From Promethearchaeota archaeon (GTDB lineage Archaea > Asgardarchaeota > Lokiarchaeia > Sigyniarchaeales > SOKP01), in the NCBI GenBank assembly GCA_048940445.1, contig JBHLON010000002.1, positions 64,001 through 128,000 on the forward strand: a stretch of DNA of 64,000 bases, in the 5' to 3' direction. A program made the position numbers and the translations under genes. Positions 12,380 through 22,800 of this stretch are shown piece after piece; positions within the stretch are counted from its first letter, which is position 1, and every line of letters begins with the position of its first letter. The notes below the pieces were generated by a model. It did no database searches. It saw only the letters and a list, made by a program, of their open reading frames with translations, and had not been told where the DNA came from.

Positions 12380-13716
12380 ACGAAAAAATGTCAAAAAATG
12401 CATTAGATCTTATTGAAAGAAGATTGAAATTAAAAAAAGTTCAAGATTATGAAATTTTTTTAGTTGAAAAAAATGTCTTTGAATCGATTTTACTTAAAAA
12501 TAGAGTTGATAATGAGAGGGAAATTTCTAGTACAGAATATTATATTAGAATTTTAGACCAAAATGAAAACAAGACGGGTGTGGGTATAACAAAAGGAAAT
12601 TCCTTAAAACACATAGACATTGATGATAATATCGAAACTTGTCTAAGTTTATCCAAAACTAATAGAAGTTCGAAATATTCTTTTCCAGAAAAAAAACCAT
12701 TTCCAAAACTTATAACAGTAGATAAAAGTATTTTAAATGATCCAGTTGGAATAAAAAGAGACTTATGCGAAGAATTAACTAAAGTAGTAAGTGATCATAA
12801 TGAGATAGTTCCCACTTTCGGAAGGTTCAGAATTCATTATCATAATTCATTTTTACGAAATAGTATAGGACTTGATCTTAAAACATCAAAAACGTTTTTC
12901 TTTATTGAATTGTCATTGAAAGCTGAAAAAAATGGAAAATTGGCTGAATATTGGACTGTAGATTATTATAAAGAACGAAATCATCTAGATTTTGAAAATA
13001 GGGTAGAAAAATGGGCAAAACACGCGAAAGAAAGTCTTTCAGCTGAATTACCAAAGCCAAATCCTGATGCAATAGTAATCTTTCCACCTCATGTACTGAA
13101 AGAAGCAATACATCCAGTGTTGGGCCTACATTCATTAGCTAAAACGCATCATGAAAAAACCTCTGCTTTTGAAATAGGATCTCAAGTAGCATCTGATAAT
13201 TTTTCATTAAGTGATAATGGAATTTTACAAGGCGGATTAAATTCAAGTCCATGGGATCGAGAAGGTAATCCTCATCAAGACACAGAAATCATAAATCATG
13301 GCGTTTTTAAAAATCGATTATACGATGAAAAATATGCGATTTTGGATAACACATCCTCAACCGGAAATAGCGTGATGGGTTTTGGAGGTTCAGTTTCTAA
13401 TGGAATTAGCAATTTTGTGATATTACCTGGAGATATAACTTATGATGATATGATTTCAAACATAAATGAGGGTTATTTAATTGAGAAATTTTCATGGTTA
13501 AATCCAGAATCTCTTTCAGGATTTTTTGGAGCGGAGATTAGAACAGGTTATTACATTAGAGATGGAGAATTCAAAAATCCAATCAAATTTGGTAATGCTA
13601 GTGGAAATATTTTGCAAATGATAAAGAATATCTTATACATTTCAAAAGAACGAGAGTTTGTAGAAAATGGGCTTTTTCCTTATATTGCATTTAAAGGATT
13701 AGAAATATCTTCTTAA
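12376..13716 (+). CDS. pmbA: TldE/PmbA subunit
   Basis: Overlaps tldD stop; PWDREG, STGN; lacks HExxH. Confidence 0.85.
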   Translation: MNEKMSKNALDLIERRLKLKKVQDYEIFLVEKNVFESILLKNRVDNEREISSTEYYIRILDQNENKTGVGITKGNSLKHIDIDDNIETCLSLSKTNRSSKYSFPEKKPFPKLITVDKSILNDPVGIKRDLCEELTKVVSDHNEIVPTFGRFRIHYHNSFLRNSIGLDLKTSKTFFFIELSLKAEKNGKLAEYWTVDYYKERNHLDFENRVEKWAKHAKESLSAELPKPNPDAIVIFPPHVLKEAIHPVLGLHSLAKTHHEKTSAFEIGSQVASDNFSLSDNGILQGGLNSSPWDREGNPHQDTEIINHGVFKNRLYDEKYAILDNTSSTGNSVMGFGGSVSNGISNFVILPGDITYDDMISNINEGYLIEKFSWLNPESLSGFFGAEIRTGYYIRDGEFKNPIKFGNASGNILQMIKNILYISKEREFVENGLFPYIAFKGLEISS

Positions 13717-13794
13717 AAGTATTGCTCATCTTTTTTTTCTACTTCTCTTAACGATTTAAATGGCTTAATTTTATTTAAAAATAAAATTGAAAAA

Positions 13795-15027
13795 TTAAGT
13801 ATTATTTTCAAGTTCTACTTTAACTAAATTATAATCCCGTGTGCCTAAACCTACTTCTTCAGCAGCTTTTAATTGAATCTCCCAATGTTTTGATTTTTTT
13901 CCATTGAAATTCAAATCTAATTTACCAGATTGCGGATCAAATCTTGGTATATAAGAAAACCATTCATTTCCATTATTCTCTAATTTCTTAATGTCACCTA
14001 GCACTGAGTTTTGAATAAAGTTAGAATCATGCACAAGATCTATACATGCTTGATCTAAAGCTACTGGATCTAAAGAGGACAAAATTCCTATATCTGAGAC
14101 AAAAGGAATATCACTAGATCCACAATCACATTGCCAAGATATATCAATCGCATAATTTACATAAAAAATCTTGTCGTTACCAAAATAGTCAACAACACCT
14201 TTAGCATTATCAACTAGTTGAATTATAAATTCTTCCTGTGAAGATGCTCCAATATCTACCACTTTATTCTTAGTAAGATTACAAATAGAATGACACATAT
14301 AACAATAGCGGCATTTATCCCAATCTTTCTTTAAGATTTTGTTAGAACCTTTAATTAATGCACCAGTTGGGCATATATCAACACATTTATTACAATCCTC
14401 AACACATTTACTAAAATCATATTCAAATTTTTTTCCATTATGAGCTTGGACTTTACCTCCTTTACTTACGCATCCAATGCCCAAGTTTTTAATAGCCCCT
14501 CCAAATCCTGCATTTGAATGGCCTTTAAAGTGTGAAGCCAATATCATGTAATCAAATTCACTTAGACGTCCAGCAACTAGAATTTCATTAAATCTATTCC
14601 CATTTATTTTTTGAACTTTATAATCAGTACCTATTGGACCATCCAACATAATTATTGGCGCTCCCATAGTTTCTGGAGTAAATCCGTGGATTAATGCAAC
14701 TTTTAAGTACTCTTTTTCATTTGCTCGACCAGTATATTCTGAATGAACTCCTGAAATACTTTCAGGCAAACCCCACCCACAAGATTCTGCTATTGTGGTT
14801 TTTGCACCAACTTGTTTAAGATAGTCACTTAAAAATCTAATATAAGAAGGTCTGAGGTATCTTGTATTTTCTAACGCCCCAAAATGAGTTTTAATAACTA
14901 CATTATTATCTTTTCCAACCTTACTCTTAATTCCTAGCTGTTCTAATGCAAGTGGCCCTTTTACTTTACTCATTGACTCTTTATATGATTTTGATCTAGA
15001 AGTTAAATAGTATACATCTGATTTCAA
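13795..15027 (-). CDS. DUF362 Fe-S protein with ferredoxin insert
   Basis: KTHFG, SHFKGH..AGFGGAIKNLGIGC, CxxCxxxCP, CDC, DPVALDQA. Confidence 0.9.
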   Translation of the reverse strand: MKSDVYYLTSRSKSYKESMSKVKGPLALEQLGIKSKVGKDNNVVIKTHFGALENTRYLRPSYIRFLSDYLKQVGAKTTIAESCGWGLPESISGVHSEYTGRANEKEYLKVALIHGFTPETMGAPIIMLDGPIGTDYKVQKINGNRFNEILVAGRLSEFDYMILASHFKGHSNAGFGGAIKNLGIGCVSKGGKVQAHNGKKFEYDFSKCVEDCNKCVDICPTGALIKGSNKILKKDWDKCRYCYMCHSICNLTKNKVVDIGASSQEEFIIQLVDNAKGVVDYFGNDKIFYVNYAIDISWQCDCGSSDIPFVSDIGILSSLDPVALDQACIDLVHDSNFIQNSVLGDIKKLENNGNEWFSYIPRFDPQSGKLDLNFNGKKSKHWEIQLKAAEEVGLGTRDYNLVKVELENNT

Positions 15028-15159
15028 AGTCTCTCACTAACAATTTTAAAATAAATTTTAATTTCGAAAATCTAGAATTGAAAATAAATTTGGCTCTTAT
15101 CTAGAATAATTATTTTAACGGCGAACAATTTTATTATATATAAAAAATAAAAAAAAATT

Positions 15160-15393
15160 ATGGCAAATAATTGTCCAGAGTGCGCCGGAAAAATGAAATA
15201 TCAACCCGACATTAAGCATTTAGTTTGTCAGTCCTGTGGTTTGTCTCTTACTCGAGGAGAACTCGAAACATACTGGCAAAAAGTTAGAAATGAAAGAGGA
15301 ACAGAAGCTGATGCGGTTGATAGAGCCAAAAGTCGACGTAAGGAATGGCTTGATTGGTATGCCCAATCTAAAAAAGAAAAGGAGAATTATTGA
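15160..15393 (+). CDS. Small Zn-ribbon protein
   Basis: CPEC...CQSC plus a charged helical tail. Confidence 0.75.
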   Translation: MANNCPECAGKMKYQPDIKHLVCQSCGLSLTRGELETYWQKVRNERGTEADAVDRAKSRRKEWLDWYAQSKKEKENY

Positions 15394-15520
15394 TTAGATT
15401 AGAAAAAGATTATAATCATTAATTATTGGACAGTTGATTTTCTCCTTATAATGAAATGTATATCTTTTTATATATAGTAAACCTATATTTTTACTTATAA
15501 GAAAATTTGAGAGTAAGATT

Positions 15521-16282
15521 TTGATGGATGAACTTATTATTTTTAATTTTATTATGATATTCTTTACGATTGTAGGTATTGCAATGTTTTTTCTTTTATT
15601 TTTTGTGACAGCACCCTATGGACAACATATAAGAGATAAATGGGGACCAAATATTAATAATAAACTAGGGTGGTTTGTTATGGAGGTTCCAACTGTTATA
15701 ATCTACTTAATTTTTTATCTGATTGGAGATAGGAAAACAGATATCGTTTCTATTTTATTTCTATTTATTTGGATGGTGCACTATGGCCAGAGAACCTTCA
15801 TTTTTCCACTTTTAATAAAAGCTAAGCAACCAATGCCGATAACTATTATTAGTTTTGGTCTAATGTTCAATGGAATTAACACTTATTTACAGGCACGGTG
15901 GTTATATACATTTTCCCCTCCTTATCCTTCAAATTGGATAATTACTCCGTTTTTTATAACTGGAATAATCATTTTTATTATTGGAATTGTTATAAATCTT
16001 CATTCTGATCATATTATACGTAATTTAAGAGAACCTGGTGAAACTGAATATAAAATTCCCTATGGGGGTGCATTTAAATATGTAAGCTGTCCCAGCTATC
16101 TTGGAGAAATAACAGAATGGGTAGGATGGGCAGTTATGACATGGAGCTTACCTGGACTTATATTTGCCCTATGGACTTTTTTTAATCTTGGTCCACGAGC
16201 GCGGTCTCATCATAAATGGTATCTTAAAACTTTTCCAGATTATCCTAAGAATAGAAAAGCATTAATCCCCTATATTTATTGA
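15521..16282 (+). CDS. 3-oxo-5-alpha-steroid 4-dehydrogenase (SRD5A)-like reductase
   Basis: APYG, GWFVME, NLHSD.I.RNLR, YKIPYGG.F.YVSCP.Y.GE, HH.WY...F.DYP..RKALIP. Confidence 0.9.
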   Translation: MMDELIIFNFIMIFFTIVGIAMFFLLFFVTAPYGQHIRDKWGPNINNKLGWFVMEVPTVIIYLIFYLIGDRKTDIVSILFLFIWMVHYGQRTFIFPLLIKAKQPMPITIISFGLMFNGINTYLQARWLYTFSPPYPSNWIITPFFITGIIIFIIGIVINLHSDHIIRNLREPGETEYKIPYGGAFKYVSCPSYLGEITEWVGWAVMTWSLPGLIFALWTFFNLGPRARSHHKWYLKTFPDYPKNRKALIPYIY

Positions 16283-16295
16283 AACGGCTCTTAAA

Positions 16296-17282
16296 TTATT
16301 TCTTCCTCTTTTTGTATTCTTTATAATATGCTGATCTTCTAATTAAGTATTTCCTCAAAAACCATTTTATAAGAGGAGCTAGATATCTTTTAAATCCAAT
16401 CCATCTTTTTGCTTCAGCATAAAAATCTTGTAATGTATAATTTTGAAAATTAAGCTTATTTTCTAAACCACTAGGTGTACAATATCCACAGTTGTATCCT
16501 ACTGTAGAAAAAGCTTCTTTCGGTAGAAAATCTCTACCTAATCCCATTATTTTGAACATATTTGCCAGAAATTCACTATATTCGATTCTACAATCAACTC
16601 CACCGCCAATGATATAAATACTTCCCCAAATCTCTTCTAATTCCAAGGCGTTTACTATGGCTCGCCCAACATCCTCTGTTCCCACAATTTCTATTTTTGT
16701 TTCTAATGGTATCCTAAACATAGCTGGATGAAATTTTAGAATGCTTGTTGATGCACAAAATGATAATCTAAAAATACAGTACATCAAACCAGAACTTCGA
16801 ATAATATTTTCAGCTTTTAGTTTCGATTCTCCATAATAGTCACCTGGACTTGTGGTAGTTGGATCGTTAATACTAATCCAAGGATTTTGCACACGATCTC
16901 CATAAACAGCAATCGAAGATGTATAAATTATTTTAGGGGTAGATTTAGATGTTTTTATGGCCAATAATAAATTCTTTGTACCTTCTACATTCACTGCATA
17001 TACATTATCAGGATTATTATATTTTGAAATGGGAATTACTCCAGCTATATGAATAATTATGTCTACATCCTTTACAGCTCGTTCCAGAGAAATTAGATCA
17101 AATAGATCTCCCCAAACTATCTCTATATCATCTTTATATTTCTTAAACAATTTTCTGTTCTTTTTAGAATCTCTTAATAGTAACTTAATTTTATATTTAT
17201 GACTTTTACGATATAAAGCATCAAAAATTTTTATCCCTACGCTTCCTGAAGCTCCAGTTAAAAGAATTACCTGATTAGGCAA
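16296..17282 (-). CDS. Extended SDR, NAD-dependent epimerase/dehydratase (3-beta-HSD-like)
   Basis: TGASGSVG, TSSIAVYG, YGESK. Confidence 0.9.
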   Translation of the reverse strand: MPNQVILLTGASGSVGIKIFDALYRKSHKYKIKLLLRDSKKNRKLFKKYKDDIEIVWGDLFDLISLERAVKDVDIIIHIAGVIPISKYNNPDNVYAVNVEGTKNLLLAIKTSKSTPKIIYTSSIAVYGDRVQNPWISINDPTTTSPGDYYGESKLKAENIIRSSGLMYCIFRLSFCASTSILKFHPAMFRIPLETKIEIVGTEDVGRAIVNALELEEIWGSIYIIGGGVDCRIEYSEFLANMFKIMGLGRDFLPKEAFSTVGYNCGYCTPSGLENKLNFQNYTLQDFYAEAKRWIGFKRYLAPLIKWFLRKYLIRRSAYYKEYKKRKK

Positions 17283-17397
17283 ATTTAATCAAATTGATTA
17301 TGATATAAATTAATTCTTTAAAATTAATTATTATTTTTATAGATTACACAATGAGAGAGCTTTATTTTAAAATTCAATAGGTGAAATGCGAATAAAG

Positions 17398-18591
17398 TTA
17401 ACTAAATTTTCTTTCAAAAATCTCCATTAAGAATTCTTCCAACTTTGGAGCCGGGATATCTAACAAGGTAATTTCTAAGTGTCTCCCGCGATCTTTTTCT
17501 TCAATTCTTACTGTTTTTGAGGCAACTACATTTAAATTATTCAGTTCTCTGACATATTTTCTGAAACTCATTTTAACATGAGGTTCAATTGAATATGCTT
17601 CACATATTGCTTGATATTCTTCATATGCTTCTTCCACAATCGTAAAAGGCTCATCTGTATTCATTAAAGCTCGTGTAATACCGTATAATGCTAATAATTC
17701 TTGATCACTAAGGCGATCTACAATCTCTCCTCGAAAAGTAGGATAAACCTGATTTGAAGCTGCTCTAATGGCATCTGGTAATATTTTTTCCAAACCCTCT
17801 TTATCAACGTGTAACCCGCTCATTCGCAAAATTTCTATTCCATGTCGCATATTCTTATGTTGGGTAACAATTTGACTTACCATATTTAAGATTTCATCAT
17901 TTACTACATTTTCTTTAAAGGCTAAATCACTTCTATATTGCAATATCTGTTTAGATTGCTCTAGGTTATAGGGTTTGAGTTTAATAGTGTGATTAATTCG
18001 ACTTAATATTCTTTCAGTTTCGACTTTCATCCATGCATTACTTCGTGAAACTAAAACAAGTGATAACTTAGCATTCTGATGTCCAAAAGTCTCTGCTATA
18101 TCTAAAAATGCTAATATTTCATCAGATTGCAATAAATGAATCTCATCGATTATGAGGAGCATATATCCAGATTCTCTTACTAACTTTGTTAAGATTAACT
18201 TCAAGGCTTCATCATCGCTGAACCCCCTACCACTTCCATGGGTATATTTAGCCAAAAGATCTCTAATTATTTTACTTTTGGATCTAAAATTAATACAGTT
18301 GTAGTATTCTACAAAAAAGGAAACATCTCTTTCAATTGCTATATTTCTAAAATTTCTACCAAAATATCTAGAAGTCGCTGTCTTGCCTACTCCCGCTTTT
18401 CCTAAAATTAAACAATTAATAGAAGGTTGCTCTTCCTCATCTAAAATTCTTCGGAACGCAAAAATAAGCTCCTTAATTTCTTTATCTCGACAATATAGTT
18501 TGTCTGGGACAAAACTTAAATCAAGAGAATTAAATTGTCTGAAGACAGATTTCTTCATGAATTGTTTTCTAAATTCGTTCTCGTCAGACAT
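17398..18591 (-). CDS. cdc6: Cdc6/Orc1 replication initiator
   Basis: GKAGVGKT, LIIDE, KPYN.EQ...IL..R, C-terminal winged helix (RGRH). Confidence 0.9.
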   Translation of the reverse strand: MSDENEFRKQFMKKSVFRQFNSLDLSFVPDKLYCRDKEIKELIFAFRRILDEEEQPSINCLILGKAGVGKTATSRYFGRNFRNIAIERDVSFFVEYYNCINFRSKSKIIRDLLAKYTHGSGRGFSDDEALKLILTKLVRESGYMLLIIDEIHLLQSDEILAFLDIAETFGHQNAKLSLVLVSRSNAWMKVETERILSRINHTIKLKPYNLEQSKQILQYRSDLAFKENVVNDEILNMVSQIVTQHKNMRHGIEILRMSGLHVDKEGLEKILPDAIRAASNQVYPTFRGEIVDRLSDQELLALYGITRALMNTDEPFTIVEEAYEEYQAICEAYSIEPHVKMSFRKYVRELNNLNVVASKTVRIEEKDRGRHLEITLLDIPAPKLEEFLMEIFERKFS

Positions 18592-18722
18592 CGCGTCATA
18601 TCAACCCATAGTAAATATGCTATATATTTAAATATAGTATGATCTAAGTTTAAAGTTTGTATCAAAAAATATTAGATTAATAAAATAAGCTTATTTTAAA
18701 TTTTTTTACTTTCCACACAAGT

Positions 18723-19646
18723 TTAAAATTTTTTTGAGTTGTTAAGAGGATGCATCATCGAATAAGACTGTTTTAATTTAGTAATATCGTTCTTAGCGTA
18801 TATACGGGTTGTATTAGGAGAACTATGACCCAGAATATCTTGTAACTCACTAATATCCATTCCTGAGCGTCTAAGATGGGTCGCTCCTGTATGTCTAAAC
18901 ACATGTGGGGTAACTGCTTTTGAATCCGGAAATCCACATTTTTCTTTTATAATTTTAATGTCAGATTGTACAACGCGAGGACTTAACTTTTTTCCCCATG
19001 TATTTACCAATAGAAAATCCTCGGATTTGTATGAAATGCGATTTCTAAGATTTTCTTTGAACAATTCTAATGTTTTTTTATCTACTGGAACTATACGTTC
19101 TTTGTTTCCTTTACCACTTAATTTTAAATAACCTTTTTCAAAATCGATATCCTTTATTTGAATATTACATAATTCACTTACTCTTGCCATTGTTGAATAT
19201 AATAACCTTACAATTAAGTAATATCTTTGACTTTTCTTAGAACTAAAAAGCCTTTTATCTTTTAACTTATTAAATATTTCCTCAATATCGGATACTTTAA
19301 GAAACTTTGGAAGACTTTCCTCAAGCTTTATTTTTGGAGAGTGTATTTTTGTCATCGGATTCTTCTCTAAGTACTCATTTAATGATAAAAATTTAAAGAA
19401 AGATCTTAAACAGGCAATCTTTCTCCCAATTCCCTTTTTAGTATATCCCATATCCTTTAATTTTTTTAAAAATAATCTTACTCTCTGTGGCATAACAGGT
19501 GAATCTATTTCAATATCTCCCATTAGTTCAATAAATTTTTCAATATCATACTGATATGCTTTGATAGTTGATTGAGTACATCCTTCTTCAACCTCTTTTG
19601 AAATTAGAAAATCATTAAGGAAATCGGAAATTTTGTATGTTACCAT
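18723..19646 (-). CDS. xerA: Tyrosine recombinase XerA
   Basis: ARVSE, GKGNKER, TPHVFRH, LGH...TT.IY catalytic residues; N-terminal SAM-like domain. Confidence 0.9.
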   Translation of the reverse strand: MVTYKISDFLNDFLISKEVEEGCTQSTIKAYQYDIEKFIELMGDIEIDSPVMPQRVRLFLKKLKDMGYTKKGIGRKIACLRSFFKFLSLNEYLEKNPMTKIHSPKIKLEESLPKFLKVSDIEEIFNKLKDKRLFSSKKSQRYYLIVRLLYSTMARVSELCNIQIKDIDFEKGYLKLSGKGNKERIVPVDKKTLELFKENLRNRISYKSEDFLLVNTWGKKLSPRVVQSDIKIIKEKCGFPDSKAVTPHVFRHTGATHLRRSGMDISELQDILGHSSPNTTRIYAKNDITKLKQSYSMMHPLNNSKKF

Positions 19647-19742
19647 AATAATTTCAATATGATCCGGATATTACATAATACCAAGTAATATCTATGTGAC
19701 ATTTCCAAAAGATGGTATTAAAAAAGAATTCAATTTAGATTT

Positions 19743-20684
19743 TTAATCTTTTTTTAAATGGCGTAAATATTTACTAGCATTAATTGCTGCACGTGCTCCT
19801 TCTGCTGTAGCGAAAACAACTTGAAATAGACCACCAGTAACATCTCCGGCAGCATACACACCCTTTACATTAGTTTGTTGGCTATCATCAACTTTTACAT
19901 TCCCATTCTCATCCAATTCAATTCCTGCTTTTTTAAAAATTGAATTAGAAGGAACATGAGATAATATAAATAAACAGTCTAATTCAACTTCTTTGACATC
20001 TTGTTCACTTGTTCCCTCCTTATTGCTAGATTTAAAAGTCATTTTCTGAATTATGCCTTCCGAATCGGCTATAGCTTCAATAATCTCTGTATTATATAGT
20101 ATTTCTATATTATTTTGCTTTACTTCCTCTATTTTTTCTGGTAGTTCATTTGCACCTAATTTAGTTATAATATGAACTTTACATCCCATCTGCTTGAGAG
20201 CTAATGCGTCTTCCAACATTTCTGCATCATTTCCATAAATATATACTTCCTTTTCTTTATATAAGGGACCATCGCATAAAGCACAATATGAAATACCAAA
20301 ACCTATTAAAGAACTTTCTCCCTTAATTATTTCCTTCCTTTTTCCTGTTCCCGTAGCTATAATGACCACGTCAGAAGTAATGTTGGCTGTACGAGTGGAA
20401 ATCATATTAGCACCCATTCCTATCATTAATGAAATAACATCTCCTTCAATAATTCTCACTTTCTCGAAATTTTCTGCGTGTTCCTTAAACTTTTTCAACA
20501 ATTCAATCCCCGAAGTATCTTTTTCACCAATCCAATTTTGAATTTCTTTTGCTTTTATTAATGCAGAAGGTTCTTTTCCATCTAAAATAATCGTATCTCT
20601 ATTCGCTCGACCACAATAAACACCCGCAGTTAATCCAGCGGGACCTGCTCCAATTATTAAAACTTCGCATTTATATTCATCCAT
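19743..20684 (-). CDS. trxB: Thioredoxin reductase
   Basis: GAGPAG, SYCALCDG, GVYAAGD. Confidence 0.85.
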   Translation of the reverse strand: MDEYKCEVLIIGAGPAGLTAGVYCGRANRDTIILDGKEPSALIKAKEIQNWIGEKDTSGIELLKKFKEHAENFEKVRIIEGDVISLMIGMGANMISTRTANITSDVVIIATGTGKRKEIIKGESSLIGFGISYCALCDGPLYKEKEVYIYGNDAEMLEDALALKQMGCKVHIITKLGANELPEKIEEVKQNNIEILYNTEIIEAIADSEGIIQKMTFKSSNKEGTSEQDVKEVELDCLFILSHVPSNSIFKKAGIELDENGNVKVDDSQQTNVKGVYAAGDVTGGLFQVVFATAEGARAAINASKYLRHLKKD

Positions 20685-20902
20685 AAGAACTAACCTAATA
20701 CTGATACTATATAATTAATGATTTATTGGCTTTCTTAAATTTTTTTACCTTTTTTATTAAAACTAGGTATTTATCCAAATAAAAAATATAGCGCTACAAT
20801 TTAGTATTGCGTGATTAATCAATTTTTACAGCATATTTTTATAGATGATCATAGAGATATATTGTAAAAATCTAATAAAAAAAATCACATATTTGGTGAA
20901 CT

Positions 20903-21571
20903 ATGTTGGAAATGAAGAAAGCATTGAAGATAATAGCTATTATTGGAATTATCTTAATTATTATAGGTCCTATTTTGGGGATTACATTGAATAAAATTAC
21001 AATAGTTTCTCGAGGTCCAGAAAATCCAGTTGTAATACAAGATAGTAGTGCAACTTCGATTCGAGATGCATATGCTCAAGAAGTGACCATTACAGAGAAT
21101 CAAAAAATTGTAATTGAATTTTCAGCTTATTATCCTAATATCTCAGTAACTTTAATTATTTTAGGAAAGGGTACATACGATCACGAATATGCATTAGATC
21201 ATTCGCCTCCTGTATCAGGGTTAAGTTTTATTTATTCACAATTCACTTGGGGGCTTGCTCCCCAAAATTCAGTAAATGATGCTACTTCCCTTACAATAAA
21301 TTATGATGGATTTTGGTATATTGAATTTGCAGGGAGTGTAAATACTATCTATAATTATTTGACATCAATCCCAGGAAATTATATCATTGTAGTATATGGT
21401 ACGAATAGTGGGTCATCAACAGATGTCAGATTCGATCTAAACGTTAAAATGGATGGGCCGGGTGCATTTCTAAACACACTCTTTCTAAGTATTGGCATAA
21501 TACTTCTTGCTGTTGCCGCCATATTGTTTTCTTATAGTTATCTAAATAAATTACGGAGGGGTATTGACTAA
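20903..21571 (+). CDS. Hypothetical membrane protein (N- and C-terminal TM, external beta domain)
   Basis: Hydrophobicity pattern. Confidence 0.75.
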   Translation: MLEMKKALKIIAIIGIILIIIGPILGITLNKITIVSRGPENPVVIQDSSATSIRDAYAQEVTITENQKIVIEFSAYYPNISVTLIILGKGTYDHEYALDHSPPVSGLSFIYSQFTWGLAPQNSVNDATSLTINYDGFWYIEFAGSVNTIYNYLTSIPGNYIIVVYGTNSGSSTDVRFDLNVKMDGPGAFLNTLFLSIGIILLAVAAILFSYSYLNKLRRGID

Positions 21572-22047
21572 TGGGTGAAGAAAGAAAGAAAAAAGGTCGG
21601 TTAATTGATAACATTCCTCTATTAGACAAAAAAAAAGCAATTAAATTTATTATTTACGGTCTAATTGCTGCAATCTTATTTGGTTTAATAATGATGATTA
21701 GTAGGTCTATTGCTCAAAACGCCTCTGCATGGCAAGCCTTAGCTCTTCAAGATAATAATATGGCATATTGGAATGGAGAATATGGTTATAGTGATTTCGT
21801 TCACAGGCAACAAGAGATTTATAGAATAAGCGATTGGATGGCCTTTCAAGATGTAATCTTCGTGAATATAGCTAGAGTTGGAGTAAATATTGCATTGGTT
21901 TTTATGCTTGTTGGTTTTTTAAGTCTAGGTGTTTCTGAAAACATTGACGAAAGAGCAAGGCGAATTTATTTGATTATTTCAGGTCTAATCTTATTTGTAA
22001 TAATGTTTACGACTTTTTTCGCCTCAATTAGCATTTCAGTGTCATAG
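21571..22047 (+). CDS. Hypothetical 3-TM membrane protein
   Basis: TAATG stop/start coupling to the previous gene; hydrophobic segments. Confidence 0.75.
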   Translation: MGEERKKKGRLIDNIPLLDKKKAIKFIIYGLIAAILFGLIMMISRSIAQNASAWQALALQDNNMAYWNGEYGYSDFVHRQQEIYRISDWMAFQDVIFVNIARVGVNIALVFMLVGFLSLGVSENIDERARRIYLIISGLILFVIMFTTFFASISISVS

Positions 22048-22158
22048 ACTAATTCTAAATCTTTTTTTTTAATTTTGAAATTCGTAAAACGTATGTTTCA
22101 CGGCTATTCAATAATATCTGGATCATATTTCGGTATTTTAAAGGTATAATCTTCGTAA

Positions 22159-22425
22159 TATTTAGCGCTTATTATTACAATCAAATTATATAGAATCGAA
22201 TATGATAAGGGTGTTGGAACTATTAATGAATTAATCTGGACTTCTATAAAACCAACTATTGAAGGAATTTTTGAAAAAATACAATGCTGTTTAGAAAATT
22301 ACACGGATGAAACAAGAGATCAACAAGCACATGAAATTGAAGATTATGCTAAACTAATCCATGAAATGTTAAAATATGCTGAAACTTTTTAGACTCTTTT
22401 TTATTGTTTTGTCTACTATTCTAGT
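22159..22425 (+). pseudogene. Start-less ORF remnant (about 88 codons)
   Basis: Open frame RIEYDKGVGTINELIW...YAETFL with no start codon near its 5' end. Confidence 0.4.
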
Positions 22426-22800
22426 GGTCAAAGTAATGGTTACTAACTGGAGCTTTAAATGTTGAAATAGGTTTAAAAGTATTATGGTCGATTTTCCCTG
22501 CCTTAGCGTGTTTATTAGCATTTATCTTCATGTCGTTCTTCAAATTGAATCACCAGAAGAAAAATTAAAGAAAAATTGCTAAATTTTTTTTCCATGTTTT
22601 TCTCTCCATTTATGTCCAATATATAGAAAGAAATAATAAACTTTTAGACTTATTTCAATTAAATTTGAGTAATAGAATATTACAATTTTCTTGGTAGTTG
22701 TTATAAGAAGTAAATTGAAACTTTAAAATCTTGATAGCCTTAAATTTAGTTAATGTTTAACAAATTTTAATTTAATAATTATAATGAAGTAAAATTAGAC

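Noticed and set aside
18592-18722. Replication origin next to cdc6
   Set aside because: Short AT-rich gap with no repeated ORB-like boxes that I can recognise.
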